Positions 50,175-59,231 of a stretch of 64,000 nt of DNA are shown piece by piece; the stretch's first letter is position 1; each line of letters opens with the position of its first letter. The DNA lies in NCBI GenBank assembly GCA_963850905.1, contig CAWKMU010000004.1, forward strand, positions 160,001-224,000, in the 5' to 3' direction. The notes under the pieces were generated by a model, which worked only from the letters and a program-made list of their open reading frames with translations, was not told where the DNA came from and did not search any database. The stretch comes from an uncultured Gemmatimonadales bacterium. GTDB taxonomy: Bacteria > Gemmatimonadota > Gemmatimonadetes > Gemmatimonadales > Gemmatimonadaceae. The translations under genes were made by a program, and so were the position numbers.

Positions 50175-50328
50175 GCGCGTAGGCTAGCTGTGAAGCGCGA
50201 CTTCGCGATGATGGATGCGCAACGATCCTGTAAAACCGCTCAGCCGTCACATTCTGACCTTGCGCTCGGCCCCCACGTGCCTCCGGACAAGCCGCGAACC
50301 AACGCACTTCACTGGCCACTAAGGCTTG

Positions 50329-50377
50329 CGTCCAACGTCCAACGTCCAACGTCCAACGTCCAACGTTTAGCGTCTAG
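50329..50377 (+). repeat. Heptamer tandem array (CGTCCAA)x5 CGTTTAG CGTCTAG
   Basis: Directly visible; lies just 3' of the phosphodiesterase gene stop. Confidence 0.92.
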
Positions 50378-50379
50378 CA

Positions 50380-51222
50380 TTACGCCGCTGCCACCACGTC
50401 ACGCTGCATCGCCAGGATCGATCGTCCCTCGTAGCTCGAGGGGATCGGGACGCCCAACGCGGCGAGCACCGTCGCGGGAACGTCGACGAGCGTGGCGCCG
50501 CGGACCAGATCGCCGGGGCCGCTCCCGCACCCCGTGAACACGATGGGAATGGTGCGGTCCGCTGGATGGTCGCTCTCATGGTCCGTGAGCACAGTGCCGC
50601 CGCCACCGTGATCCGCCAGCGCGATGAGCAGGGTGTGCGCGTCGTCCGGCTGCAGGAGCTGAATGAGCCCGCCAAGCGCCGTGTCCAGTGCACGCGCAGC
50701 TGCCGCGTACTCCCGCGTCATCCATCCGTGTTCGTGGCCCGCACGGTCGGCATCCGGCCAATGAAGCACAAAAAAACCGCGGCGCTGATCTTTCAGCGCC
50801 GCGGTCGCTTCCGTCAGAATCTCGCGAGCTCCAGCTCCAGCGCATCGTGTGCGCCCGATGCCGAGATACTTTGCGATGCGCGTTGCGAGCCCTCCGTACA
50901 AGGGCGGCAGGCCGCCGACGAAAACCTCGGTGGGGTACCCGGCCTGGGCCAATACGCGTGGAAGTGGGTCCAGTGGCCCGCGCGGGCGTGGGATATGGAA
51001 CCGGTCGCTGACGACGCCGTGCCGCGCGGGGGTCTGTCCGGTGAGCAACGTCGCCATGGCAGCGGCCGTCACGCTGGGCGATACGGTACAGCCCTCCAGC
51101 GTCGACGCTCCCCGGGCGACGAGATGTCGCATGTGTGTCAATCCGAACGCCTCGATCGCGTCGGGACGCAATCCATCCAACACGACCAGGACCACACGAC
51201 GGACATCAAACGGATCATTCAT
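50380..51222 (-). CDS. Alkaline-phosphatase superfamily (NPP/phosphodiesterase-type) enzyme, no signal peptide
   Basis: VVLVVLDG, PSVTAAAMATLLTG (Thr nucleophile), DADRAGH, ADHGG; GGAG RBS. Confidence 0.88.
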   Translation of the reverse strand: MNDPFDVRRVVLVVLDGLRPDAIEAFGLTHMRHLVARGASTLEGCTVSPSVTAAAMATLLTGQTPARHGVVSDRFHIPRPRGPLDPLPRVLAQAGYPTEVFVGGLPPLYGGLATRIAKYLGIGRTRCAGAGAREILTEATAALKDQRRGFFVLHWPDADRAGHEHGWMTREYAAAARALDTALGGLIQLLQPDDAHTLLIALADHGGGGTVLTDHESDHPADRTIPIVFTGCGSGPGDLVRGATLVDVPATVLAALGVPIPSSYEGRSILAMQRDVVAAA

Positions 51223-51344
51223 GGCGACTCCAGTGAGAGCGAGGTACATTGTCGCGCCGGGCACCCGCCCACGAGTTGGCAGTGCACTGTCGCGTGCACG
51301 CGCCCAACTAAACCCGCTCTCGCCACGACCACATCGGTCGTGGT

Positions 51345-51360
51345 GTGACATACAGGTAAC
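51345..51360 (-). promoter_or_regulatory. Pho-box-like 11-bp direct repeat in the divergent promoter region
   Basis: Minus strand GTTAC-CTGTAT-GTCAC; adjacent perfect 8-bp inverted repeat CCACGACC-N5-GGTCGTGG (51323-51343). Confidence 0.45.
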
Positions 51361-51389
51361 GCTTCGCTCACACTTTGATGACTTCGGGG

Positions 51390-52623
51390 ATGCGCATCCT
51401 CTACTGCACTGATACGTACCCCCCGCAAGTCAACGGGGTGTCCGTCGTCACCGCGCTGTGCGTCAGCGGACTGCGCGCGCGCGGCTGGTCGTGCGCAGTC
51501 GTCGCGCCACGCTATCCAGCCGATGCGAAAACAGTCTTTACCGACACCTCGGCCGCGACCGCTGATCTTCTGGTATCGATCCCGAGCCTACCGATGCCGC
51601 TCTACCCGGACGTGCGCTTCGCCGCACCGGCCTATGCCGCAGTGAGTCGCGCGGTACGACGCTTCCGGCCCGACATCATTCACGCCGAGACCGAATTCAT
51701 GATCGGGCGCCTCGGCCAAATCGCCGGGCGCCGGGCGGGCATCCCCCTGGTGTCGTCCTATCACACGGACTTCGCACGGTATACGTCGGCGTACGGGATA
51801 CCATGGCTACGGGACCTCGTCGCCGCCTACATCGGTCGCTTTCACCGCCGGAGCTTGCGCACCTACACGCCATCGGCACCGGCTCGGGCGGACATCTCTG
51901 CAAACCGGCGTGCGGGACGTGGAGGTGTGGGGGCGCGGGGTCGACGCCACGACGTATTCTCCGTCCCGTCGCAGCGCGGCGTGGCGTGATCGCCTCGGTC
52001 TCGGCGACCGGTTCGCCTTCCTCCACGTCGGACGCCTCGCCATCGAAAAGCGAGTCGAGCAGATCGTCGAGGCATACGCGCTGGCGCAACGAGAGCTCCC
52101 TCCCGATTCGACGCGCCTCATCATTGCGGGCGCGGGCCCATGCGATGCGTCGATTCGCGAAACCGCACCGCCCGGTACGATCATGCTCGGCTACTTGGAT
52201 CGCACCGCAGAGCTTCCTGCACTCTATGCGAGCGCCGATGCCTTCCTGTTTGCGTCACTCACGGAGACCCTCGGCCTCGTGGTGCTCGAGGCGATGGCGA
52301 GTGGCCTGCCCGTGATCGCTGTGCCCGCAGGCGGCGTGGCGGACCATTTGCGCGATGGTGTCAACGGCATCGCGACCCCACCACGAGACACCGCCGCAAT
52401 GGCGGCCGCGATGGTGGCGCTTGCCCGCGACCGCGAGCGCACGCGCCGCCTCGGGGCCGCTGCGCGCGCCACGGCCGAAGCGCTCACGTGGGACGCCGAG
52501 CTCGATCGACTGGATCTGAGCTATCGCGAAGTGTGCGCGCAGGCATCGAGCGAGGCGCCCGTGGGGTCGGCGCTCGAGACCGCGTCGGCGGGATCACACA
52601 GCAACGGCCAGTCGGAGTCTTAG
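51390..52623 (+). CDS. GT4 glycosyltransferase (Agt/SqdX/MgtA-like); +1 frameshift near 51902
   Basis: MRILYCTDTYPPQVNGVS, SYHTDFARY; next frame WGRGVD, VGRLAIEK, YASADAFLFASLTETLGLVVLEAMASGLPV. Confidence 0.9.
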
Positions 52624-53705
52624 CGGGGCCGAAGGGCGGCCGCAGCGCTTCCCTGGGACGGGGTCTCTCGCGTAGCGCCACCCCTCGGTGCGGGGTCGGG
52701 GGGCAACGTGATGACCGTACGGTCCTCGCGGTGCTGCACCGTTCCGCCCTGCGCGCTGATGAGGCGATCGGCGAAGGCGAGGTCGATTGGCCGGCCTGGT
52801 TGTCCGCCGTGCGAGATGGTGAGCTGCACCTGGGGCCGGTCGCCACGCGACCCCGTCTCGCTCTCCGGACTGGTGGTCCCCTCGCTCGCGCGAGCGTCCA
52901 CATCGGCGCGCTCCAACGATCCGGTCGGCTCGACGCTTGTGAGCTCGACGCGGCCGCCCGGCGCCGTCCGCCGCAGAGCATCGGTGGCCAGCAATGACAA
53001 TGCCTCGCTGAGCCAGGCACGGTCTGCGAGCGCCGCGGGTACGAGCGGCGAGATGTTGCTCTCGACGATGACGTCCGCCTGCTGCGCCGCCGCGGTCAGA
53101 CTGGGCAAGAGCATGGCCACCACATTGCCGACCTTCACGCGCTCCGGGCGGAGACGGAGTGCGCCACGGTCGACGTCGGCGATGGCTCGCAATCGGTCGA
53201 GGCGCGTGTGGACGTCATCCGCCGCACTGCGCGCCGCAGCCAGCATCTCTTCCTGATTTTCATTGAGATCGCCGAACCGCGATTCGAGCAGGATGTGCAG
53301 CGGGATTCGGACTTCGTCGAGTTGCCGGGCAACCGCCGTCGCGGCGTCGCCCATGAGCTCCGCGTACTCACGCACGCGCTGATCGGCAGCTGCCTGTGCA
53401 CGACCCTGCGCCGCACCCGCATCGGCAACGGCGCGACGCAGGCGCGCAACCTCGTCCTCGATGGTGTCCAGCTCGTCGATTCGCGTGGCCTGAACGGGAG
53501 CCGCGAGCCGCGAGACGCGATTCGCAACGTACCTGGTGTTGCGCCACGCGACGATGAGTGACCCCACCGTCGCAACGATGCCCACGAGGATGATCACGTG
53601 GGGAGCCCGCGATCCGAACGGGCCCCAGTACGCCAGTCCGGCAACGGCAAACACGCCGAGGATCGCTGGGACGACGGCGAGATAGAGACGCTGGCTGACG
53701 GTCAC
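52620..53705 (-). CDS. Degenerate membrane histidine-kinase-like protein (pseudokinase)
   Basis: GTGA overlap with the kdpD-N stop; two TM, HAMP-like segment, DHp-like IPLHILLESRFGDLNENQEEML with no H-box His, eroded N and G boxes. Confidence 0.75.
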   Translation of the reverse strand: MTVSQRLYLAVVPAILGVFAVAGLAYWGPFGSRAPHVIILVGIVATVGSLIVAWRNTRYVANRVSRLAAPVQATRIDELDTIEDEVARLRRAVADAGAAQGRAQAAADQRVREYAELMGDAATAVARQLDEVRIPLHILLESRFGDLNENQEEMLAAARSAADDVHTRLDRLRAIADVDRGALRLRPERVKVGNVVAMLLPSLTAAAQQADVIVESNISPLVPAALADRAWLSEALSLLATDALRRTAPGGRVELTSVEPTGSLERADVDARASEGTTSPESETGSRGDRPQVQLTISHGGQPGRPIDLAFADRLISAQGGTVQHREDRTVITLPPDPAPRGGATRETPSQGSAAAALRPR

Positions 53706-54865
53706 GAGGGGTCCTCGATCTCGCCAGACGCCGGCAGTCCCACGACCAGCACATCCAGGTCCTCGCTGTTGTGCGTGAGCTGCTCCACGACCGAGCCATG
53801 TCGCAGCCGGTGCCAGAACGACCGGCGACTCTGCCCCACGATCAACAGCGTCACGCCGCGCTCGCGCGCAAACCGCGCCAGCTCGCCAGCGATATTGACG
53901 CCCACGAGCTTGACGACCTCCGCCCCCATGGACTGGGCGAGCTGGATGTTCTCCACGAGCTTGCGCTGCACCGTCGAATCGATGCGGGAGGCACTCTCCT
54001 CCGGCGTCTGGACGTACACACAATACCAATCGGAGTTGAGCCTCCCCGCAATGCGGCTCGCTTTGCGGAGCAGCACGGCCGTGTACGGTGGATTACTCGC
54101 AAGCGCTACGAGGATCCGGTCGACGGTCTTGGGTACGGCAGTCGCCCCCTCCTCCCGCCGAACGATTCCTTCGCGGACGCGATCGACCGAGCTCGCAACT
54201 TCCCGCAAAGCGAGCTCGCGCAACGTGGTCAGATTCTCTTCCGTGAAGAAGTTCTCCAGAGCGGCCGGGACCTTCTCCGCGCGATAGATCTTCCCTTCCG
54301 TCAACCGCTGGCGGAGATCCTCGGCGGAGATGTCGATGTTCACGACTTGATCGGCGATGCCGAGCACCCAATCGGGGACCGTCTCTCGCACGGTCACGCC
54401 GAGTGTCTTGGCGACGACGTCGTTGAGCGACTCCAGATGCTGGACGTTGACGGCCGACACGACATTGATCCCGTTGTCGAGCAGCTGCATCACGTCTTCC
54501 CACCGCTTGCCGTGCGTGACACCAGGCACGTTCGTGTGGGCGAGCTCATCGACCAGTGCCACCTCCGGTCGCCGCGCGACCACCGCTTCGAGATCCATCT
54601 CCTCGAGCACGACCCCCCGATACTCGATGCGCTTGCGAGGGACGACCTCGAGGTCGCCGATGAGCGCCGCGGTCTCCGCTCGGCCATGGGTCTCCACGAA
54701 TCCCACCACGACGTCGACACCGCGCCGCCGCAGGTCATGCGCCTCGGTCAACATGCGGTACGTCTTCCCCACGCCTGCAAACGATCCAATGTAGAGCTTG
54801 AGCTTGCCCCGCTCTCGGGGCGTCATCACATCCAGAAAGCTCGGCGACCGAGTGGGCGTGGTCAT
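53702..54865 (-). CDS. kdpD: Stand-alone KdpD N-terminal domain plus USP domain (split KdpD)
   Basis: GKLKLYIGSFAGVGKTYRML, VETHGRAET, LVDELAHTN, NVQHLESLND, VRETVPD, LRELALRE; C-terminal USP (ILVALAS..GSVVEQL). Confidence 0.92.
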   Translation of the reverse strand: MTTPTRSPSFLDVMTPRERGKLKLYIGSFAGVGKTYRMLTEAHDLRRRGVDVVVGFVETHGRAETAALIGDLEVVPRKRIEYRGVVLEEMDLEAVVARRPEVALVDELAHTNVPGVTHGKRWEDVMQLLDNGINVVSAVNVQHLESLNDVVAKTLGVTVRETVPDWVLGIADQVVNIDISAEDLRQRLTEGKIYRAEKVPAALENFFTEENLTTLRELALREVASSVDRVREGIVRREEGATAVPKTVDRILVALASNPPYTAVLLRKASRIAGRLNSDWYCVYVQTPEESASRIDSTVQRKLVENIQLAQSMGAEVVKLVGVNIAGELARFARERGVTLLIVGQSRRSFWHRLRHGSVVEQLTHNSEDLDVLVVGLPASGEIEDPS

Positions 54866-54875
54866 GGCCAAGAAA

Positions 54876-56570
54876 TTATTGCGGCGTGAGCGCCGCGCGT
54901 CGCTCATCGAGCTCGGCGATGAGCTGGTCGTACGCGTCGGCCGGTAATTGGCCGGCTCGCAACGCATCGCCTAGTCGATCGCGCTCGACGTCGAGCAGGT
55001 AGCGCTCGACGCGCCGGACAGACTCCTCCATCGATTCCCGCGTCGGCGCGTCAAGATCGGGTTCCGCCGGAACGGCGCCGCCGTCTTCCTCGGTCGCCAC
55101 CGCCCGATCGGTGCTGGTCGGCGTGACCGGTGCGCCGCTCATCTGCGCAACGGCTTGCCTGAGCCGCGCTTCGGCGCGCACGAGTCGGGAGTCGTAGCGC
55201 TTCCGCAAGCGACCCTCGAGACCGCCCGGAAGCACACCGGCCTCGGTCAGATAGTCGAGCTCCTCGACCGCCGCGCGAGCCGCCCGAAATTGCTCCCGTG
55301 CGACTTCAAACAGGCTGCGTGGGCTCGCGACGTCGACAAGCTTCAGCCGTCTGAGCAGCACCGGCATCGAGAGGCCCTGCCCGAGAAGCGAGAGCGTCAC
55401 AACACCAAAAGTCATGGTGATGAGCAGCCCGCGATACGGCAGCGTCACGGGGAGCGCAAGTGCCAGCACCATCGACAACGCGCCACGGACACCCCCCCAC
55501 GTCAACACCGCACTCCAACGCAACGGGATGCGTTCCGTGGTCGACCGGACCAATCCGGTCACTCCACCTACCACGACCATACGGGCGAGTGTGACCGCCA
55601 CGAACGCCGCCACGACCGGTCGCCAGGCAGTCACGAGTCCCTGGAAGTGCACCTCGAAGCCGATCAGCAGGAACACAATCGAATTCAACGCGAACGCCCC
55701 GTACTCCCAGAAGGTGTCGACCGCAACCCGCGTGGTCGCTGTCATGCCACGTCGTGCGACGTCGTGCCCGCACAGCACACCCGCCGCGACTGTGGCGAGT
55801 ACACCCGACAACCCAAGCTGCTGCGCGGCGGCAAACGATCCGTAGGCGGCAACGACCGTCAACGTGATCTCCACCATTGGATCGCTGACTCGCGCGATGA
55901 TGAGTGTTGCCGAACCACCGACCAGCACGCCAACCAACGCCCCACCAACCAACTGCACGACGAAACGGCCCGTGAGGCCGAATACACCGGACGGCGCCCC
56001 CGATGCCATCACGAGGGCCAGCGCCGCGAGAAAGAAGACGATTGCGGTGGCGTCGTTGAGGAGACTCTCGGCCTCTAGCAAGAGTGTGAGACGAGGCGGG
56101 GCGCCGAGACGTCGGAACAGGGCGAGGACGGCAATGGGGTCGGTCGCGCTGATAAGCGCGGCAAATACCAGCATCGGGCCCGCGAGGCCCGTCGTCGGAG
56201 CACCCAGGGCGGTCAGCGCGACCGGCGTCAGCATCGCGGTGAGCGCGATCGCGATCGCGACGCCCGGCACCGAAAGCAGAAAGAGTGTGCGCCAGTTGCG
56301 CTGAAGGTGTTCGCTCCGAAGGTTGAATGCGGCCTCGAACACGAGGCCGGGAAGCGCCACGGCGAAGAGCAACTCCTGCGTGAGATGCGGTGCCGCGACG
56401 AGGTTGAACGTTCCGAGCACGAGGCCTGCGACCACCAGCGCCACTGGATAGGGCACGCGCAAGCGCCGCGCTCCGATGGCGACCACCGTCGCGACCGCGA
56501 AGAGCAGGACGAACACGGCCCCCACGTCCAGAGGCAGTCCGGCACTCGACGGCTCGGTCGCCATGGCCAT
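54876..56570 (-). CDS. CPA1 cation/H+ antiporter (NhaP/NhaG-like)
   Basis: LPGLVFEAA, ISATDPIAV, EAESLLNDATA, WGGVRGALS; cytoplasmic C-tail. Confidence 0.93.
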   Translation of the reverse strand: MAMATEPSSAGLPLDVGAVFVLLFAVATVVAIGARRLRVPYPVALVVAGLVLGTFNLVAAPHLTQELLFAVALPGLVFEAAFNLRSEHLQRNWRTLFLLSVPGVAIAIALTAMLTPVALTALGAPTTGLAGPMLVFAALISATDPIAVLALFRRLGAPPRLTLLLEAESLLNDATAIVFFLAALALVMASGAPSGVFGLTGRFVVQLVGGALVGVLVGGSATLIIARVSDPMVEITLTVVAAYGSFAAAQQLGLSGVLATVAAGVLCGHDVARRGMTATTRVAVDTFWEYGAFALNSIVFLLIGFEVHFQGLVTAWRPVVAAFVAVTLARMVVVGGVTGLVRSTTERIPLRWSAVLTWGGVRGALSMVLALALPVTLPYRGLLITMTFGVVTLSLLGQGLSMPVLLRRLKLVDVASPRSLFEVAREQFRAARAAVEELDYLTEAGVLPGGLEGRLRKRYDSRLVRAEARLRQAVAQMSGAPVTPTSTDRAVATEEDGGAVPAEPDLDAPTRESMEESVRRVERYLLDVERDRLGDALRAGQLPADAYDQLIAELDERRAALTPQ

Positions 56571-56618
56571 GCCGTACAAGATATGGCATGATGACCCGTC
56601 GCCAGTCACTCCTGGCGG

Positions 56619-58371
56619 TCAGTCGTCGGTGGGCGGTGCAGCCAATGTGGAAACGTCGACGGCTGGCAGTCGAAGGGTGAACACGCTGCCACCACCCGCG
56701 CGCGGCTCGAACACGACGGACCCGCCCTGCGCCGTGGCGAGGCTCCGCGCGATCGACAGTCCGAGCCCGGCCCCGCCTGCATCTGGGGGAGACGTCTTCG
56801 GACGGTAGAACGGTTCGAAAACGCGCTCGCGTTCGGAGACGGGTATCCCCGGCCCGCGATCAGCGATCGCAAAAGCCAACCACGGGCCGTCGCGATGGAC
56901 GGCCAGCTCGATCGGCTGCGACCGCGGGCTGTACTTGATGGCATTCTCGAGCAGATTGACGAGCGCGTGCAGCGTGTCCGTGAAGTCGAACCGCCCGACC
57001 AACAGCACGTCGCCACCGGATTCCACGTGCACCTCGAGGTCGCGCCCGCCGGCGCGACCTGTCATGCGCTGGAGCGCGACGCCGACCAAGTCCTCCGCCT
57101 CGTTCGGGACGGGCATCCGGCGCGCGACGCCGGCCTGCAACCGCGACAGGTCCAACAGATTCTCGACGAAACCGTTCAATCGATCCGCCTCTTCCTCGAT
57201 CGTGACCGCCCGATCGTCTCCGCCGGTCGCCATCTCGGTTCGCTAGCGCTTTGATCGTGGTGAGCGGGGTCCGCAGGTCGTGCGAGACGGAGGCGAGCAG
57301 CGCGTCCTTGAGTCGATCCGCGTGTCGCAACGCTTCGGCATGCTCGGCCGCATGGACGAGCCGGATGCGCTCCACCCCGAGCGCGGCGTAATACGAAAGG
57401 GCTCGCAGGACACGGCGCCGCGCGGCGCCGAGCCGGAAGCCCGTACCCGAGCCGATCCCGAGGACGCCGACTACACGCTCGCGCACCCGCAGTGGCAGGT
57501 AGAGCGCGCGCATCGAGCCGTCGTCGCCCGCCGTGTCGAGCGCCGAGCGCTGGGCCGCACCCGTCGTGCCGACGGCGTCGCCAAGTGCGCTGCCGCCCAC
57601 AGTACCGGTGACGCGGGAGGTGCCATCCTCGAATTCCACGGCCTCGGTGCCATGTTCGGCAACCCACTGCACGAGCTTTCCCTCGGCCACCGGGAGTCCC
57701 GGGCCCGAATGATGATCCGCCGGTGACCGAGCGCCGCGCACGAGGGCACCCGTCTCACCATCGCGCATGAACACTTCACACCAGCCGACCTCCACGGTCG
57801 CTCGAATCACATCGACGATCGCAGGGAGTGCCTCCCCTGCCCGGCCAGCGTTCAGCGTTTCCGCGCCGAGAACGGCGAGTCGGTCGATCTCGACGGCCCG
57901 GGCCTGAGCGGACTCCGCCTGGGCACGGGCGCGATACAGCAGGTGCGCGGCGACGATACTCGTGCCAAGAAACGTGAACAGGACCAGCCAATCGAACGGG
58001 TTGGAGATGTATAGCGCGCCGTACGGCTCCAAGAAGAGCCACTCGAACAGGAAGAACGCGACGGCTGCGACGACTACCCCAAAGGCACGGCCCGCATACG
58101 CGCTCGAGCCCAGCACGATGAGCAGATACACCATCGCCACGTGGGCTTCGTTGAGCCGGGTCCGAATCAGCACCATCGCGACCGTCGCGAGTGCGAGCGC
58201 AGCGGCCCAACCCGCGAGTCCGATGAGACGCGGGGGCCGGGGCGGCGGGATGTCGCCTGCCGCACCGGCTGCATCGGCCTCGAGCACGCGCCAACGGAGC
58301 CATTGCGGCAGGCGACGCCCCCGAAAGACGCTACCAGGCATGGGCGGCGAGGAAGCCGTGCGGCGGGGCAT
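56619..58371 (-). CDS. KdpD-type sensor kinase (DUF4118 TM, GAF, HisKA, HATPase); +1 frameshift near 57238; start approximate
   Basis: Four-TM AMVYLLIV..FLEPYG; SVSHDLRTPLT; next frame EEADRLN, NLLENAIKYS, DRGPGI, FEPF, GAGLGLSIA. Confidence 0.9.
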
Positions 58372-58382
58372 GACGCCCCGCG

Positions 58383-59129
58383 CTAAGCGGCTGCGGGCCG
58401 CTCGAAGCGGTAGCCGACGCCAGGCTCGGTGAGGATGAGCCGAGGGCGGACAGGATCGTCCTCCAGCTTGCGGCGCAGGCTGCGGACATAGACGCGCAGG
58501 TATTGCTGGGCATCGCCGGACACATTCCCCCATACCGCGCGAAACAACTGCGCATGCGTCATCGTGCGGCCTTCGTGCTCGACGAGAGTTCGCAGCAGGT
58601 CCCACTCGGTCCGCGTCAGGTGGATGGGTTGAGCGCCGCGCGCCGCGACGGGCACCTCGAAGTCGAGTGTGACGTTGCCCAACACGATCGGCGCATGGCT
58701 CGGCGACTTGATGCCCCCAGAGGCACGTCGGACCTGCGCGCGGATCCGCGCGCGAAACTCCTCCGAGCCGAACGGCTTCGTGACGTAGTCATCGGCCCCG
58801 GCATCGAGCAGCGCCACTTTCTGGGCCTCGGAATGACGGGCCGACAACACCACAATCGGGGCGGGCGTCCGCTCGCGAAGGGCGCGACAAACAGCCTCGC
58901 CATCGGCATCGGGCAGTCCGAGATCCAGCACGATCACGTCGGGACGCTCCGCGGTGCACAACGCGATCCCGTCCGCTCCGCTGCCCGCATCGAGCACTGA
59001 CGTCGCCTCGTCCTCCAGGGCCGCCCGCACGACGCGCCGGATCTGTGGCTCATCCTCGATGACCAGAACCGTCGTCGGCCGAGACGCCCGCGGCGCGGGC
59101 GCCGCCTGTGCCGCTGCCTCACGAGTCAT
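58383..59129 (-). CDS. kdpE: KdpE-like OmpR-family response regulator
   Basis: VIEDEPQIRR, LDLGLPD, LDAGADDYVTKPFG, YLRVYVRSLRRKLEDDP, LTEPGVGYR. Confidence 0.92.
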   Translation of the reverse strand: MTREAAAQAAPAPRASRPTTVLVIEDEPQIRRVVRAALEDEATSVLDAGSGADGIALCTAERPDVIVLDLGLPDADGEAVCRALRERTPAPIVVLSARHSEAQKVALLDAGADDYVTKPFGSEEFRARIRAQVRRASGGIKSPSHAPIVLGNVTLDFEVPVAARGAQPIHLTRTEWDLLRTLVEHEGRTMTHAQLFRAVWGNVSGDAQQYLRVYVRSLRRKLEDDPVRPRLILTEPGVGYRFERPAAA

Positions 59130-59231
59130 GGGGCCAAGATAACGCCTGGCTCAGGCGGCCGGAGGAGGCTCCTGGGACCGCTGAACAGAGTCACCGCACC
59201 GTGAACGGCACTCGCTATAATTCCGGCGCCC

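Noticed and set aside
50329..50377. SNVQRPT peptide repeat in ORF 49956..50537
   Set aside because: Shadow translation of (CGTCCAA)n, antisense to real genes
51276..51303. CIRCE-like element (TTGGCAGTG...)
   Set aside because: Right arm does not match GAGTGCTAA and the adjacent genes are not chaperones
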